From the NCBI RefSeq assembly GCF_964204645.1, contig NC_134029.1, positions 620,001-684,000 of the forward strand: a stretch of 64,000 nucleotides of DNA, written 5' to 3'. The notes under the pieces are model-generated. The model was given only the letters and a program-made list of their open reading frames with translations. It had not been told where the DNA came from and made no database searches. This DNA comes from Tubulanus polymorphus (taxonomy: Eukaryota > Animalia > Nemertea). A program made the position numbers and the translations under genes. Positions 49,501 to 63,016 of this stretch are shown here, in pieces. The number at the start of each line of letters is the position of its first letter. Position 1 is the stretch's first letter.

Positions 49501-52026
49501 GATACTGAATGTGTAACAAATCTATTGTTCCGATTGTTACCTGAAGGTCAGATATACGCGTGTACTGATGGCCTGTGTCATCGACTATTCGACCTTGCAA
49601 TTTATCGGTAATTACTGCTACCATTTGCATGTTATTCGACTGTAGTTGGTGTAGATTTTGATCAATCTAGTTGCGTCTGATGAATAGCCGCTGAAATCAG
49701 TACTAATTGTGCACATATCTGCACTGATTCCACGCGTGGTCATCATCACAATTATGTAACAGGCAAAATCGTATTTTCATGTTCATTACAAACCACTCTG
49801 TTAGACATAACTAAGTTACCCATATCCAAGATATATCAGATACATATACAACACTGACTCATCATAAATATTCTCACTTCATCAACACGAAATTATCGAC
49901 GATAGCAGATATGTATTAGAAAATTAATGTACACCGGGGCCAGTTTTAGATGTGGAAAGTTCCTTCTCATGATCACACAGAACCCTGATTATTTCACTAT
50001 TCGAATGTTCGTGCTGTATTCCACCGTCTCCAATAAACTGTCGTCCGCTTAATTTCATGTATTTCCCAATGTATCAATTAATCGGCTGTGATTTGTAAAA
50101 TAAATCAGATATATACAGGATCTAATGCATCATTTAAATATCATACATATTTGATATAATCAAAAATGGGTTTTATTATCATATTTAAATCCATATCTTA
50201 CCGACTGTGGGCGGATACTTCATTCCTAACGGATATATAGATTTTATCTAAATATACCTTTTGTTACAAATGAATGAAATCAACTGAAACTTATTGAAAG
50301 TGTTATTGAATGATAGAAAAAAGCGACATCTTATTATATTTTATCATATTCCGTTGTTTTGGGTGTAACTTTAAAATGCAGTGCATAATTTTTGATCGAG
50401 TTAGTTGGTTTTGTATGAAGCCCTGTATCAGTTAACGAAACAGTGCGCGCTCCTGACATTTCAGAGATCGATGCTTCGTGCGCTATTTTCATAAGACTAA
50501 CTTGAAAACTTCTCTTTTCAATCATAGTCTTAAAAATAAAGTCAGTAGAGGTTTATACTTTCTCTTGAGTAGCGATTTTTACATAAAATGCATTTTGTTG
50601 GCCTATTGGAAGATAAACGTTGTTCCCGTTCTGGTAACACAGGTTTCCATTATCAGCGAAATCAACTTGATAACTAAGACAAGGTAACCGTCGTATTATC
50701 AAATGCAAAAATGTAGTAAATCTGCGCAGTAGGAAAATTCCGACATGGCTATCGGCCATTAACTACCATGTAAGGGCTTTTTATAGTCGATAAATTCATA
50801 AAAAGTGGATAGATCTACAATAATTGACATGAATCCAGAACAAGTTGGATAAAAGCTCTTGAAACGATGTCATCTGCTTTGTGTACGTAAGAGGTCTAGT
50901 CGCCGAATGATGAATTAACGGCCGAATATTTCGAAATTTGAAATATCGGCCGTTACGATGCGATTCCGTTATACAAACGGATAGTGAAGAAAATATACCA
51001 CTCTAAAGTCCTGCTCTAAAGTGACGGTAAACATTTAGAGAAAAAAACCTGACTACGAAATTCTAGTTAGTCACCTCGTGGCTTCAATCAATAGATATAA
51101 GAGCAATGTTCAGATGAAAGTGGACTAAACGAAGTCCCCGTCACATCAGTATAAATAAGATGAACGCGCGTTAAGATCCTTTTCTTTAAACGATGTATTT
51201 ACCCTAAACCAATGAAGTAACAACTTAGCGCGCGTTGTTTATACTAAAACACAGCGTCAATAGCCGATATTTCGGCGGCGTGTTGATGACGAGCGCTAAC
51301 GACGATTACATCAAAGATACCGTGGTAAAACCGTCACCGTTACCTGCGATCTGATGATGAAAGCGCTGCAGACAACGACCAAATAGCGCCTTCAAAAGAC
51401 ACAACAGGACGGACGAGCGGGGTATTTAGTTTTAGATCATTACCCGAGCTCTTTGTGATGTTAGTCTGGTATTGATAGGTCAGCGGTAAATAACGGTCAG
51501 GTTGACTCAGGCTGTCTGTGTGTGTGTGTTTGAATCTGTGTGTTGTCTGTCAGTCGAGATACGAGAGGAGTAAAAACGAAATATACTTCAGAATAATCTC
51601 CCGGTTCCTGCAGGAGCCGATCGAGCACCCAGTTTACACTTAGATTTATGGACACATAATATTGGATACTGGGCACCTTTTAACTGCCACTGACCACTTG
51701 GCAGGTGTCTGTATAATATCATACACTTGATGAAATGTTGAACTGTTATTCGAGATGTTACTGACAGACGTCTGTTTGTAGAATTGTTTGTTTATAGATT
51801 ATTTAAAAGAAATCCATAAGTGCGCTTTCGGGTGCGATGGCAGTTTGTTCAATTCTTTCTTTACCATTCATCTTTATTTTAGAAAAAAAGTTTGTTCAAT
51901 GATTATACTGCATTCTGTAACACGTGTAATACCGGCATGGATCAGGTATTTCAAATTCACAGATCATCACGCCCCACACAGCTTCTAATGTGCAGATAAT
52001 ACGTATATTGGCCGTCATCCGTGAAA

Positions 52027-52286
52027 GTAAGATAAAATCCCACTATTAACAGATTAAAAGAATTTAAAAACCAGAATTTATTTATTAGATCTAAAATATA
52101 TAAAAGACACGACGTTTCGATCTCACCCTAGAGATCATCGTCAGGTGTGAGATCGAAACGTCGTGTATTTTATATATTTCAGATTGTTCGAATAAATAAA
52201 TTCTGGTTTTTAAATTCTTTTAATCTGTAAATAGTGGGATTTTATCTTATTATCCGTTCACCACGTTTGAGTGTGGTCATCGTTCT
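52027..52286. mobile_element. Penelope-like element remnant: inverted pLTR pair + tail, 10-bp TSD
   Basis: Arms 52028-52126 and 52147-52249; unpaired tail of about 37 nt; TSD ATCCGTGAAA at 52017-52026 and 52287-52296; hammerhead core at the apex. Confidence 0.85.
52107..52148 (-). ncRNA. Minimal type-I hammerhead ribozyme motif
   Basis: ACAC CUGACGA U GAUCUC UAGGGU GAGAUC GAA ACGU C GUGU: conserved CUGANGA/GAAA core, 6-bp stem II, palindromic ACGU stem III, GUC cleavage triplet, 4-bp stem I. Confidence 0.75.
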
Positions 52287-52817
52287 ATCCGTGAAATTGT
52301 TTCTCAAGGTCGACGTGACGTAACGTCGTATACAACTCGATATTGTAACCGGGAATCTACGGTGGCGTGAAAGGACAGAAGGGATTTCAGATTGTAAATA
52401 CCCCGCGGAGATACCGTAGTAAATGAAATGAAATTATCAACTGTCTTGGGATGTAACCTGATTAACACTGGTTCTTATACAGATACATGCAGCGGGTGTG
52501 TCTCTGATTATTGATTATGAATCAAGTTGACGGAGATTTTATTCAACATATTCTATTTAAACAGCTAAAACCACCATCCCCTGAGGTATCTTCATACACT
52601 CAGCGCCTTCCGGACATCGTAAAATTAAAATATTTCACTAAGTAGCGATGTGTAACGCTTTGTGAACGACAATAGACTTCATAGCAATAATTACTAATAG
52701 CGATCTATACAAAGCAATCAAAATCCTGTTCTACAGTTGCCGCTGTATCCGGACATACCATCTCGGCGTGAGTTTGATTCATTCGTCTTTTAAAGTTAGA
52801 ATTATTTAAGTCTAGCG

Positions 52818-52914
52818 TAGTTTATTCAACGGTTATCCTAATAGTCATCTTCAGGAATAAAGAATTATTCTTGAAGATGACTACTAGGATAAAGTCGAAA
52901 GGTTGAATAAACTA
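52818..52914. mobile_element. 97-bp hairpin/MITE
   Basis: tagtttattcaac/gttgaataaacta and ttatcctaatagtcatcttcaggaataa/ttattcttgaagatgactactaggataa. Confidence 0.65.
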
Positions 52915-54849
52915 CTAAGCTCAAAGTAACATTTTCGGACTTTTTTGTTAACATTGTGGGTTTCTGTCTTCAACTCTAAAGTAATAGCGCGTTCTGCAGA
53001 TTGGGTGCGAGAGTTATCATTGGAGGAGTCATCCAGTTCCCCCCCCCCCCCCAACTAAACGGACGCGGTGAAGCAACCGGTAAAGCATCATCCTTCGCTT
53101 TTCCTCATTTGAATCATCTACGTATTCATCATCATTCTCTCGACACATACACTAACATCACGTGTATGTATGTATGTATGTATGTATGCATGTGAATTAT
53201 TCCATGAATCTCTGTCGCAGTAGCAGTAGCCTACTGATCATCTCTTTTATCCGTCTGACGGATTCATGATTAAAATTCTAGCACCGATGACAGGCTATAC
53301 TGACATATCGACATGACTTACCGTCATATATATATATATATGATTTGTGGCTTTTACTGTGTGTGAAGGTCGGACATTGCCTGATGACAAGTAGCACTTA
53401 TTGACGACTCCGTATTGGCTAGATATATATATGTATATATTGATGTTTTTATCGTGTTGATGCGGCGACGGATCCTTAACGTAGATCTGCTCTATTGGAA
53501 GTACTAGATGGGGATATTGAGATTATTCGATTACGTCAACAACCGAACGATCGATAATCTCAACAGCCGTTATAATCTACAAGTATCACTTGATTTCTGT
53601 AACGTATAGTTGTATATAGCATACCGGTAGCAGTCACGTTGGACATCTGTAGCTGGTGAATTGAATATTTTGTCAATGGAATCATAAGAAAGCGCCTTTT
53701 TAGAGGAGAGAGTAACTAGCATGTATGATAGAATAAAGATGGCCGCAAAGCTGATAGCCGCGTAACCGAATCAATGCTTCGCACAACATGCCTTACGTGT
53801 GCCGAGTAGCACTTCGTGTATGTTTGCCTAAAAAGACTTTTTGAGATAAAGAAAAATGCTTCGCCCAAATCTGACTATAATGAAATGTATCTACGGGACT
53901 CATCGGTCGCCAGTCCTGCGCTATCACCAGCGATCACTTACCATTGTTCGGGATTGAATAGCCGCAACGAGCTCATTTAAGGCTATTGAAGAAGGGCTCA
54001 ATTCATAACATTTTTTAGAATTTGATCATTATCGTAGTTTAGTTGAAATCATCTATTTATACGTTTATGAAGATCATTAACCTTCGATTCATGTAAAAAC
54101 TCGAAACTGTTCTCAACGAATCGATCGATTATAAACAGCCAACCTTCCGGGGTAAGTTCTTAGAAATTCCGCTAGAGGCAGGCAGCGCATTGATCCTATT
54201 TTCGTAGGACAATCAATCCTATTTTGCACTTTGATTTTTGCTACTTATTTCTGTTGATTTTCTTTATTTTTCCGATGTATACCATGATTTTTTCCCACAT
54301 ACAATGTACACGTTTATTCCAGTACATTATACGCCTTGGCTACGAATCAATACAAACTAAACAACATAAAAGTCTTTTTTTTGTTTATTTCAAGTTTAAT
54401 ATTACGTATTTCTTGTCGAAACTTTTCCATCGCTGACGGTCAATGTTATAATAGGGAACCTCGGGCTAATAGAGAAACTATTCGAATTACAGTTCGTTTC
54501 GAATTGCGGCATCCACTCGAACTCCGGTTCGCTATATACACACGCACACCACCGAACTACTCCCAATGCGATGTCAACTTTTGAAGTGTCGATGTTTCTA
54601 TATTTGTAAATGCCTACAGTTAGGCGGTTAGATTCTATCAAAGTTTGACGAACTCGCCTGCAGCGATGTTATCGAACTAATAACTTATGTTTTACTTTAA
54701 ACTATAAACGTACATTCGATGTGTACGTGAAAATGCGCTACTGATGAAGCGATCTAAGTTTTCCCAAACAAAGAAACGATTTTTATTCTTTTCAACAAGT
54801 TCCAATTTATCGATGATGCATCTATCTACAAACTATTCCTTAGTTTCTA

Positions 54850-54955
54850 CAGGCCCCTCCAGGTCTAATTTACTGTATTTTGTATTATGCTTTGTACACT
54901 ATGCTGTAAATTAAACTTGAAAAATAAAGTGTTCAAATCAAATCAAATCAAATCA
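54850..54955 (+). mobile_element. LINE-type 3' end with AATAAA and (CAAAT)n tail
   Basis: ...aaaataaagtgttcaaatcaaatcaaatcaaatc. Similar minus-strand tails at about 16860 and 23190. Confidence 0.45.
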
Positions 54956-55133
54956 TCGTCCTATATGGCAGATGAATAAACAATGTTGATGGTGACCAAA
55001 GAACTGGATGCGAGATACCTGCGAGACACGGGCTGTACGATGTACCTTGTATAACTGCCGAATTTGGCCATGACGTTTTATGCCAGAGATTAAATTGTCT
55101 GGTGATGACTATTCCAATAATCAAGTGTTGACC

Positions 55134-55285
55134 CGCATTTGACAGTATGCGACAGCATGTGACTGTATGCAACAGCATTTGACAGTATGCGATTGCATGT
55201 GACTGTATGCAACAGCATTTGACAGTATGCGATTGCATGTGACTGTATGCAACAGCATTTGACAGTATGCGATAGCATTTGGCTG
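55134..55285. repeat. 20/40-bp minisatellite (GCATTTGACAGTATGCGATT GCATGTGACTGTATGCAACA)n
   Basis: Two 20-mer variants alternate. Confidence 0.92.
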
Positions 55286-56159
55286 TAAGATTTGAAAGTT
55301 TGATTGTATTTAACTATCTTACAACTATCTTATTGCTGCGTAATGCGCATATTGTCTACACAGAATCCTGTAGCTCGACTTTATTGTAATTATGAACTCG
55401 TATAAACTATAAATTCAATTCTATTTCCATCGCGATTTTTATCTATATTTTTAGATCAATATCTCGCGTTTCCCGGTTCGATCAGAAAACACATCAATAA
55501 TCAATTGATCGTGAACGTGATTTGATTTTTAGAGGGTAATCATCGAGAAGAGAAATAACGCGCGGATCTAAAAACAAATCGTAGCGATAGAAAAGCATTT
55601 AAAACACGAGTGAATATTATACAGGAAAGGAAACGCCTGTTGAAATATTCTGTCTTCAATTTAAGGCCACGTGTCACTTTGAATCTTCTGGGTGAATTGA
55701 TTTAGTTCTGCTATTTAATACGACATTACACAACTATTGAAATGCGCCGTTAAATGCATTTCGTTGGAATCCGATCCTACAGCCGTGCGGAGATTAAAAA
55801 TGTTCGTATTTTCTAAAAAGGAATAATATATATCCGTTAATGGGTGAGGTGTGATCAGAATATATGTTTTTTTTTTTTACTTTTATCCTTAATACACTGA
55901 AAATTCATCCGACTTCGAAATGTTAAACATGATACGCCGATGAGTCTTATTGAATTCATACTTTCAACTTAGCGCGCTGTATATACATTCATACATGTAA
56001 ACACATTACAACTATATAATGATCTGATAAAGACATTTTAGATATTTTTTCTATAATGCGTGGCCACCTTACTACGTAGCACAAAAATCGAATTGCGCTT
56101 ATTTCTGTTCGAATTTTATCATGGCTATAACGACATGTTTCTCGAAGATACATTATCTA

Positions 56160-56268
56160 CTGGTGCTGATGTTGCTGCTGCTGCTGCTAGTGTTGGTGCT
56201 GCTGCTTCTGCTAGTGTTGGTGCTGGTGCTGCTGCTTGTGTTGGTGCTGGTGCTGCTGCTAGTGTTGG

Positions 56269-56363
<95 letters not shown>

Positions 56364-56390
56364 GTGTTGGTGCTGGTGTTACTGTTGTTG
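56160..56390. repeat. (GCT/GGT/GTT)n trinucleotide tract with about 30 pure CTG units
   Basis: Poly-Ala and poly-Leu ORFs are by-products. Confidence 0.95.
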
Positions 56391-58379
56391 TAACGGGTGA
56401 AATTCAGGATAGAAAAAACCGCTGACGGCCAAAACCGTTCTCAAATAAACACATCTAAACAAACCTCTTAGGAAAAAAATAAGTGATTCCAAAAAGTCGC
56501 AAGCTTAATTACAAAATCGATACCTCTTCGGGAGCAAATTATTTGAAATAAAATCCAGTTTATTGAGCTATATTGTTTCATCTGGTTGTTTCAAGTATAA
56601 ATTTTTTTTCACATCTCGTGGCGTGGTTTTGTTGACTAAAATTGACAGCTGAAAATGATGCTATGCGCGATATTTTCGTCACTCGTTAGCCTCGGGGTTT
56701 TCTTTGACGGAACTGATTTGAGGTGCGTTCACTTTCTGTCGTTTACTCGCTATATTTGAATACATGAAAACAATAAGGTGTTCATAACGTAATAATCTAT
56801 AGAAAATAACTACTAATCAATACTAGGACCGAGTTTCCAGATGATTTCCACGACACTGTGGATTAGGTTTACGTGGAGTAGAGTTTAATTTCATTGGATG
56901 AAAATACGAAATATGACAAAGTATATAGAATATAGAATGTATGAACATGTATGTCGAGGAAGATCGAACCCTGATTTCGGGATTTGATGGCATCAATGAC
57001 TTCATCTGTTTTTCGGTGTACTTGGGAAAACTCGTGCAATATTCATAGAATCATCGTCTTAAGAATTGGAAATGTAGAAACCGTGTATTAGGTATAAATA
57101 TACAGCGTGAGGGTAACTGAAAAAAGTTTTCAAAGGGAAAATGAAATCTCTTTGATTTCACAGGCGACAAACTACGATTTACATAAAACCCATTTACCCG
57201 CGGAATACGTACGAGCTTTCTGAGTGTTGGTTATTTCGTAAACTACTTTAAGGTCAGAAATCGAGTTTGTTGTCGATATCGACTACAAGAGTCTTTAGTT
57301 GTTTAATCTTTAACGGGAGTCATTGCGTCTCTTACTCGATTTCAAACGATGTCATTAGGAAGTAAGATCCACTGAGTCATTCTACTAAAGCAGTTTCATA
57401 TCCCCCTGTGATATATCAGATTATGGATAGTTTTTAGATTACGTAAGAGGATTCATCTCAAAGTTGATCTCAGATATTCACTCTATTCCCGATAGTTTGG
57501 CCTATACCGTGTGATATATATATTACCGTACCAGGTATATGATATGAGACCAGTTGAACATGTTTTGACTTAACATTCGACTTACGTGTTAAAACATTGA
57601 ACAATTTCTAGAATCCCGTTTAACAGTCAAAGCTTATATACAAGACCAGTCTGAACTCAAATTTGGTTCTATAGCCAATCTAACAGATTAAGATCAATCT
57701 AAACGAAACTTCTATTGCAGACTCAACTCCTATAGCAAATGTAACAAGTTAAGACCGAGCCTGTCGATTAAGATAGTGTACTATATCTGTGAGCTCGGGA
57801 AATGTGTTAATCCGTTCCCCTGAAATAAACCTGTCGAATTCTTCTACTGAAGCCGACCCCAATGTACCGAATCCGCCAGTGTTTTGTATACGGTGTCTAT
57901 AAATACATCATTCATTTATTTTGATTGATAAATCGTCGATTTATAGAATGTTTGAGGTGCGTCTCGTTCGAAGAGATGGATTTTTTTAATGTTTTCTAGA
58001 AGATTCAATTTCACCAACGCGTCGCTTTGACGTGGCGTTTTGTTTTTGTGTCTAATATGATTAGACTGATGGGTATAGTCTGACTCTGTGACAACCAGTC
58101 TAACCATCAACGGCAACCAGTCTTCGATCAATCATTCATAAAAGTGTCTCGTTCACGCTTCATTTTACTCGAAATCTAATATTGTTGACACAAATTGTGC
58201 GTGTACTCGTGGAACACACTATAAACCTGTGAAATCACGCTGAAACCCATCGCCTGACTAGAGACCTTCTCTCTTCTCGGTGTTAAAGCAGCAAATCTGT
58301 CACTATAAGATCCATCAACTTACTTTTCAACAGTCAATCTCATCACGTCTTTCTAGGTATTCGGCTTTGGGTATAATTG

Positions 58380-58612
58380 ATCGTTCCTGCTTCTCCCCAG
58401 ATCGTCCCTGCTACTGGTCTCCCCAGATCGTCCCTGCTACTGCCTAGATCGTCCCTGCTACTGCCTATATCGCCCCTGCTACTGCCTAGATCGTCCCTGC
58501 TACTGCCTAGATCGTTCCTGCTACTGCCTAGATCGTTCCTGCTACTGCCTAGATCGTCCCTGCTACTGCCTAGATCGTTCCTGCTACTGCCTAGATCGTC
58601 CCTGCTACTGCG
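58380..58612. repeat. 21-bp minisatellite (CTAGATCGTCCCTGCTACTGC)n, about 11 copies
   Basis: 7-aa periodic ORF LLLPRSS. Confidence 0.95.
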
Positions 58613-59459
58613 GGAATATTATGAATCGAAAAATCAGTCGCTAAAAACCAACTGGAAATTATCGACAATACGATGAAGAGAAATTCCCTAAAGCGACGGT
58701 TATTCGACGGTTGGAATGAGATTGCTTTTTGAAGGGTTTATTATTGAGATGATCGGGTGTCAAAACTGTAGAATATCCTGTTAAACGGAGAGTAGAATAA
58801 CCGCCGGCTAGTAACTTATTAAACGTTCTCTGATAGTTAGTGCGTGTGAGTTGAAATAGAACGTCGTTTTGACTTCCGCTATTTTTCTATATCGAATCTC
58901 AAACACTTCAGACAAGTACCATCATCATCATCATCATCAACATCGTCATCAACATCATCAACATCGCCAGCATCGTCGTCAGCATTATCTCAATGAACGA
59001 GTATATAGTGAGAGATTGAGAATTACGTTTTAGAAAATATCAACAACACGCCAAAATCTGAAACTCTCAAATATCCATATAGCGAATCTAAAATCGATAG
59101 TTGGCTGCATCGAAATGAGCTATGAAGATCAATGAGGTTCCCTCCCTGTAAATGAAAATCGATATTCAAATTATCCGATACAATAGGAATGAACTGACCC
59201 GTATATACCGTTAATTAATCAATACTGTTATTAGTTACGTAATCAGCGCGATGTTCGTATCTTTGCACGGACAGAAGTCCCTATACAGTGTCGATCGGCC
59301 CGAGGTGGGTTCGAACCCCATTAATCGATGTCAGAAATTCGACGGGCGTAAGATACCTTGCACGTGACTTCCTGTGACCTATAGTCTGAGTATAACTGGA
59401 CTCGGTTTCAAAGTGTTGTTGGTTGAGTTTAATGGGAAGGAGTTGTGTGCTTACGAGAG

Positions 59460-59600
59460 GGGGTCAGATGTATCTCTTCAGGGGGGGGGGGGTGACGTAT
59501 CTCTTCAGGGGAGGGTGTTGACGTATCTCTTCAGGGGGGGGGAGGTGACGTTTCTCTTCAGGGGGATGTGTGATGTTTCTCATCTGGGGCTGTGTGATGT
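59460..59600. repeat. About 25-27-bp degenerate repeat (GTGACGTATCTCTTCAGGGG...)n
   Basis: Five copies with variable G-runs. Confidence 0.85.
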
Positions 59601-61690
59601 CATCGTTGCATACTATTCCCTTCAAAAGTTTGAACGTAAAATGACAGGAGATTTCACCTGACGAGTTCCATATTTCATCGTCGGTTTCCCCTGGGGAAAT
59701 ACGCGTTGAATCTGACTGATAAATAGCGGGTCCATTGACGCGTAGAATCGAGTGAGATTACAGCTAACTGTGAGAGCTGATTGGTGGGTTTTACCTGGAT
59801 AAAACACCGATACATTGATAACAATCTGAGCAATGATGCAGTGCGACCGTGCATCTTTCAATTCAGCTGTAAAAATTAAAATCCATCCCCTCCTCTCCCT
59901 CCTCTCCTTCCTCTCCTTCCTCTCCCTGGAGTAAATACCACGACAAACAAAATCACGAGTAAATTCCCTTATCTGTGAGTTCCTTATTCCGTTGAGGGCA
60001 ACGCAGTAAAAACATCTCTGAGTCGTCCATAGATCTACCGCAGATCTACAATTCTGATCGGTTCAGATTTGACGCTAGGTTTTCAGAGATGGAAATGAAC
60101 AATTTCAATCTAGAAAGCTCCTACGACGATGGGACCCGGTTCCACTGTAAATAAAAGAAACAGAGGTTTTTTCACACCCAATGCCCTTGAAGTCCCATCA
60201 GGATGTCTCATTATGGATAAGTCGTTCATCTAAAGATTGCTCTACGAAATACCGAGAAACATCTGTATTCAACACGGAAACAACAGAAAATCCTAGACTT
60301 TTTTCTAATAGATAAATAAGATTAGCTGTGCGAGGATAGACGAATGTCTGCTATTGTCTTAAAAGCAGATTTTATTCGATTGAATGGTTTTCTATATTGG
60401 ATTATTTCTCAACACTCAAAACCATCTTTATACATAAAATCATGACTAATGCATTAGCGACGAGGAAACCCAGAGTGCTGCAGCAGAGAGAAAGAGAGAG
60501 AGGGGAGGGGATACATCGCATAATTTTATTAAATCCATATTTCCGACTATTATTAGACAACACGCATTTAGCAGACTCTCAATTCGCAGTGGACGATAGC
60601 TCGATGCTGACATGCGGCTTAAAATGACCACCAAACAGAGACCGTCAACAATCGCTTTACAATTTGATAATTGACCGCATTTTTCATCGCGTTGAACTAT
60701 GTTTGCTGCCTTGTTCCTTCTCTATCAACAGTTCTTAGACATTCTTTTTTTGTATCGTTCTAGATCAGTAAGCGAGTGGAGACCGGCGGTTTCCAGGGAA
60801 CCTCCTTCGTGTATATTCTTTGATATTTCGTAGAACTTAATGACAGATGCTGTGGAACCTGACTATAACCGATTCATCGGACGCAACAAATATAAAATTT
60901 CGTCTCAAGCAAGACAATTTAATTATTTTCTTACTGGATGAACTATCGGTTATAACGAACATATTATTTTCTGGTCCCATGAGGTTAGTTGTAACGAGGT
61001 TCCACTGTAGTGTAGGTAGACTAGTATTATAAGAGTTATCGTTAAAACTGATAGAGAAGCTTCATCAAGTAAATGGCATTTTACTGATTCCACACCAAGT
61101 ATTAACACGGAGCTCCTCTACGAATCTTCTCATTTATATTTTGTCCGCGAGTTTCTGGCTAAGCGGTGATTCGAATCTGTCACTGCAGTATCTTACACGA
61201 ACGATTCATCGCATTAATTTCGAGTTCAAACCCAAGTCATTAATAATGGAGAATAGATAAATCTATGTGAAATAAAGACAATTAAACCTCTTCCTAATAG
61301 AAAATAGAGAGAAACGACAAATCGGTCCATTATACTCAAACACTAAAACACTGTTACAGTATTGAAGTAATTGAATTTATTCATGCAATACAAAGTCCTG
61401 AGGTCAGTAACGCATATATGATTAAAAATAGTTTTCCAACAAACTTTATGTTTAGAGACAAATCGCAGTTTAGTATTTGAGTTAAAGACTCTGACTATAA
61501 AGCAGGAGGAGTCGGTACCCATATCCACGGCTTACGGTTTGACTCAAGAAGCGATTTTAGAACGAATGGTTTTAACTGAAGTCTTTTGCAATCAAATTTG
61601 TTCACTTTGTAGTCAAACCGGGATCCAGTGAAACTGGGAACCGATCTGTCATTACCATCATACAAAAGGATATTCAGGTATTCATAATAC

Positions 61691-61692
<2 letters not shown>

Positions 61693-61733
<41 letters not shown>
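61693..61733. repeat. (AT)n microsatellite just after the Ly6 stop codon
   Basis: About 20 AT units. Confidence 0.95.
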
Positions 61734-61737
<4 letters not shown>

Positions 61738-61745
61738 AGATACTA

Positions 61746-63016
61746 TTAATACATACACATAGACATGAAGAGTAGCAAGCTGACTAGAAAGACCGGTGCC
61801 TTTAACCTGTAGCCTGATCCACTGAAGCCAGGTGGCCGGTTGCATCCATTTGTAGCACAGCACTTTCCAGAATAGCCCGGTTTGCTCCGATAATTGGTCA
61901 ACTTCGACTGACACGCGGATGCAGTTCGCGAGCAACCACTGACAGTATTTTGGCCTCCATTTGATAAACTATACGAATATGTCTGAAACAAATATCAACC
62001 AATAAAACCGTTTTTATTTCATGCCTTTGTAATTTCTATATACACTTTACCATAAACGAACACCTACATAGCAATAGTCACCAGTCGGGCAGATCTTTGG
62101 TTGTGTGGCTTTGTTGCAACTGCTCTGACCCCAACATTGATAACATTTTCGTAACTTGTCTTCTGCAAATGAAACAATTCCATTGTAAAACAGGACACAG
62201 GTTCTGAAAGTTCAGGACCCCAGTTCCACGGTTTAGGAGCTATACATTTGAAATGAACTGATTGTAACTCGGGGATAACCATAACTCGCAACTGTAGAAC
62301 TAGGCTTCGGTTTGTTATACCGGCAAATGAATTAGTTATTTGAAATTTATCAATAAATGTTATAGGATTCAAAAGTTAACTGACCACCGGGTGTGTATCC
62401 ATTGCATCCGTCTGAATGACAACATCTTCCGTAGTAATAAATTGATTCCCTTCTCAAAGAGCTTAATTTACTTTGACAATAGGTGGCGTCGTAACAGCCC
62501 TTCATTACACTTTCTGACCGACGCGGTTTTTTATAGTGCATAGTCTAAAAATAAATTGATAATTAACAGAACAATTACAACAGAAGCGTCCTGAACGCGT
62601 TACCTCGAAATTCTTTTTTATGAATGTCCCCGGGATTAACTAACACCTGTCCATGTAAGGATATATACTTACAATACATGTTTCAGTAGGTTTACACTTT
62701 TGGCGTGATTGCGATGTCGCGCATAAATAGGCACCGCTACAACTATAACACTGTAACGCTCGTGCACCTGAAATATATATTTTTGATTTTTGCAATATTA
62801 TGTCGTAGAAATCTGTCCAAGAAAATAGACGATGAAAATCCATCGTTGTGAAAGAGAAAATCAGGATTCGAAACCAGTTAATTTACGAGAAGCCGATGGT
62901 TTCAAAAATGAAAATTAAATTTTTCAGAAATCGGTTACTTATTTTAATATATACAAACCCTGAAAGCATCCGACCAACACAACAACAGTGACTAAAACAT
63001 TCAAACCAGTATTCAT
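61746..63016 (-). CDS. GPI-anchored Ly6/uPAR (three-finger) protein with two tandem LU domains, 214 aa
   Basis: Exons 63016-62959, 62767-62673, 62544-62385, 62162-62068 and 61982-61746 (GT-AG; phases 1, 0, 1, 0; 645 nt). Signal peptide MNTGLNVLVTVVVLVGCFQGARA; domain 1 LQCYSC...CCHSDGCN and domain 2 RKCYQC...CCATNGCN, 10 Cys each; C-terminal GFSGSG plus a hydrophobic tail. Confidence 0.92.
62215..62307. mobile_element. Palindromic MITE family copy in Ly6 intron 3
   Basis: ggacccagttccacgg ... caactgtagaactaggc. Confidence 0.7.

Noticed and set aside
50916-50955. 40-bp palindrome taacggccga...tcggccgtta
   Set aside because: Isolated short IR with no context; such palindromes are common in this window.
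56060-56425. Poly-Ala and poly-Leu ORFs (poly-Gln on the minus strand)
   Set aside because: Trinucleotide repeat with no convincing splice sites or flanking coding signal.
59297-59325. tRNA-like B-box (GGGTTCGAACCC)
   Set aside because: No cloverleaf; probably a SINE fragment.
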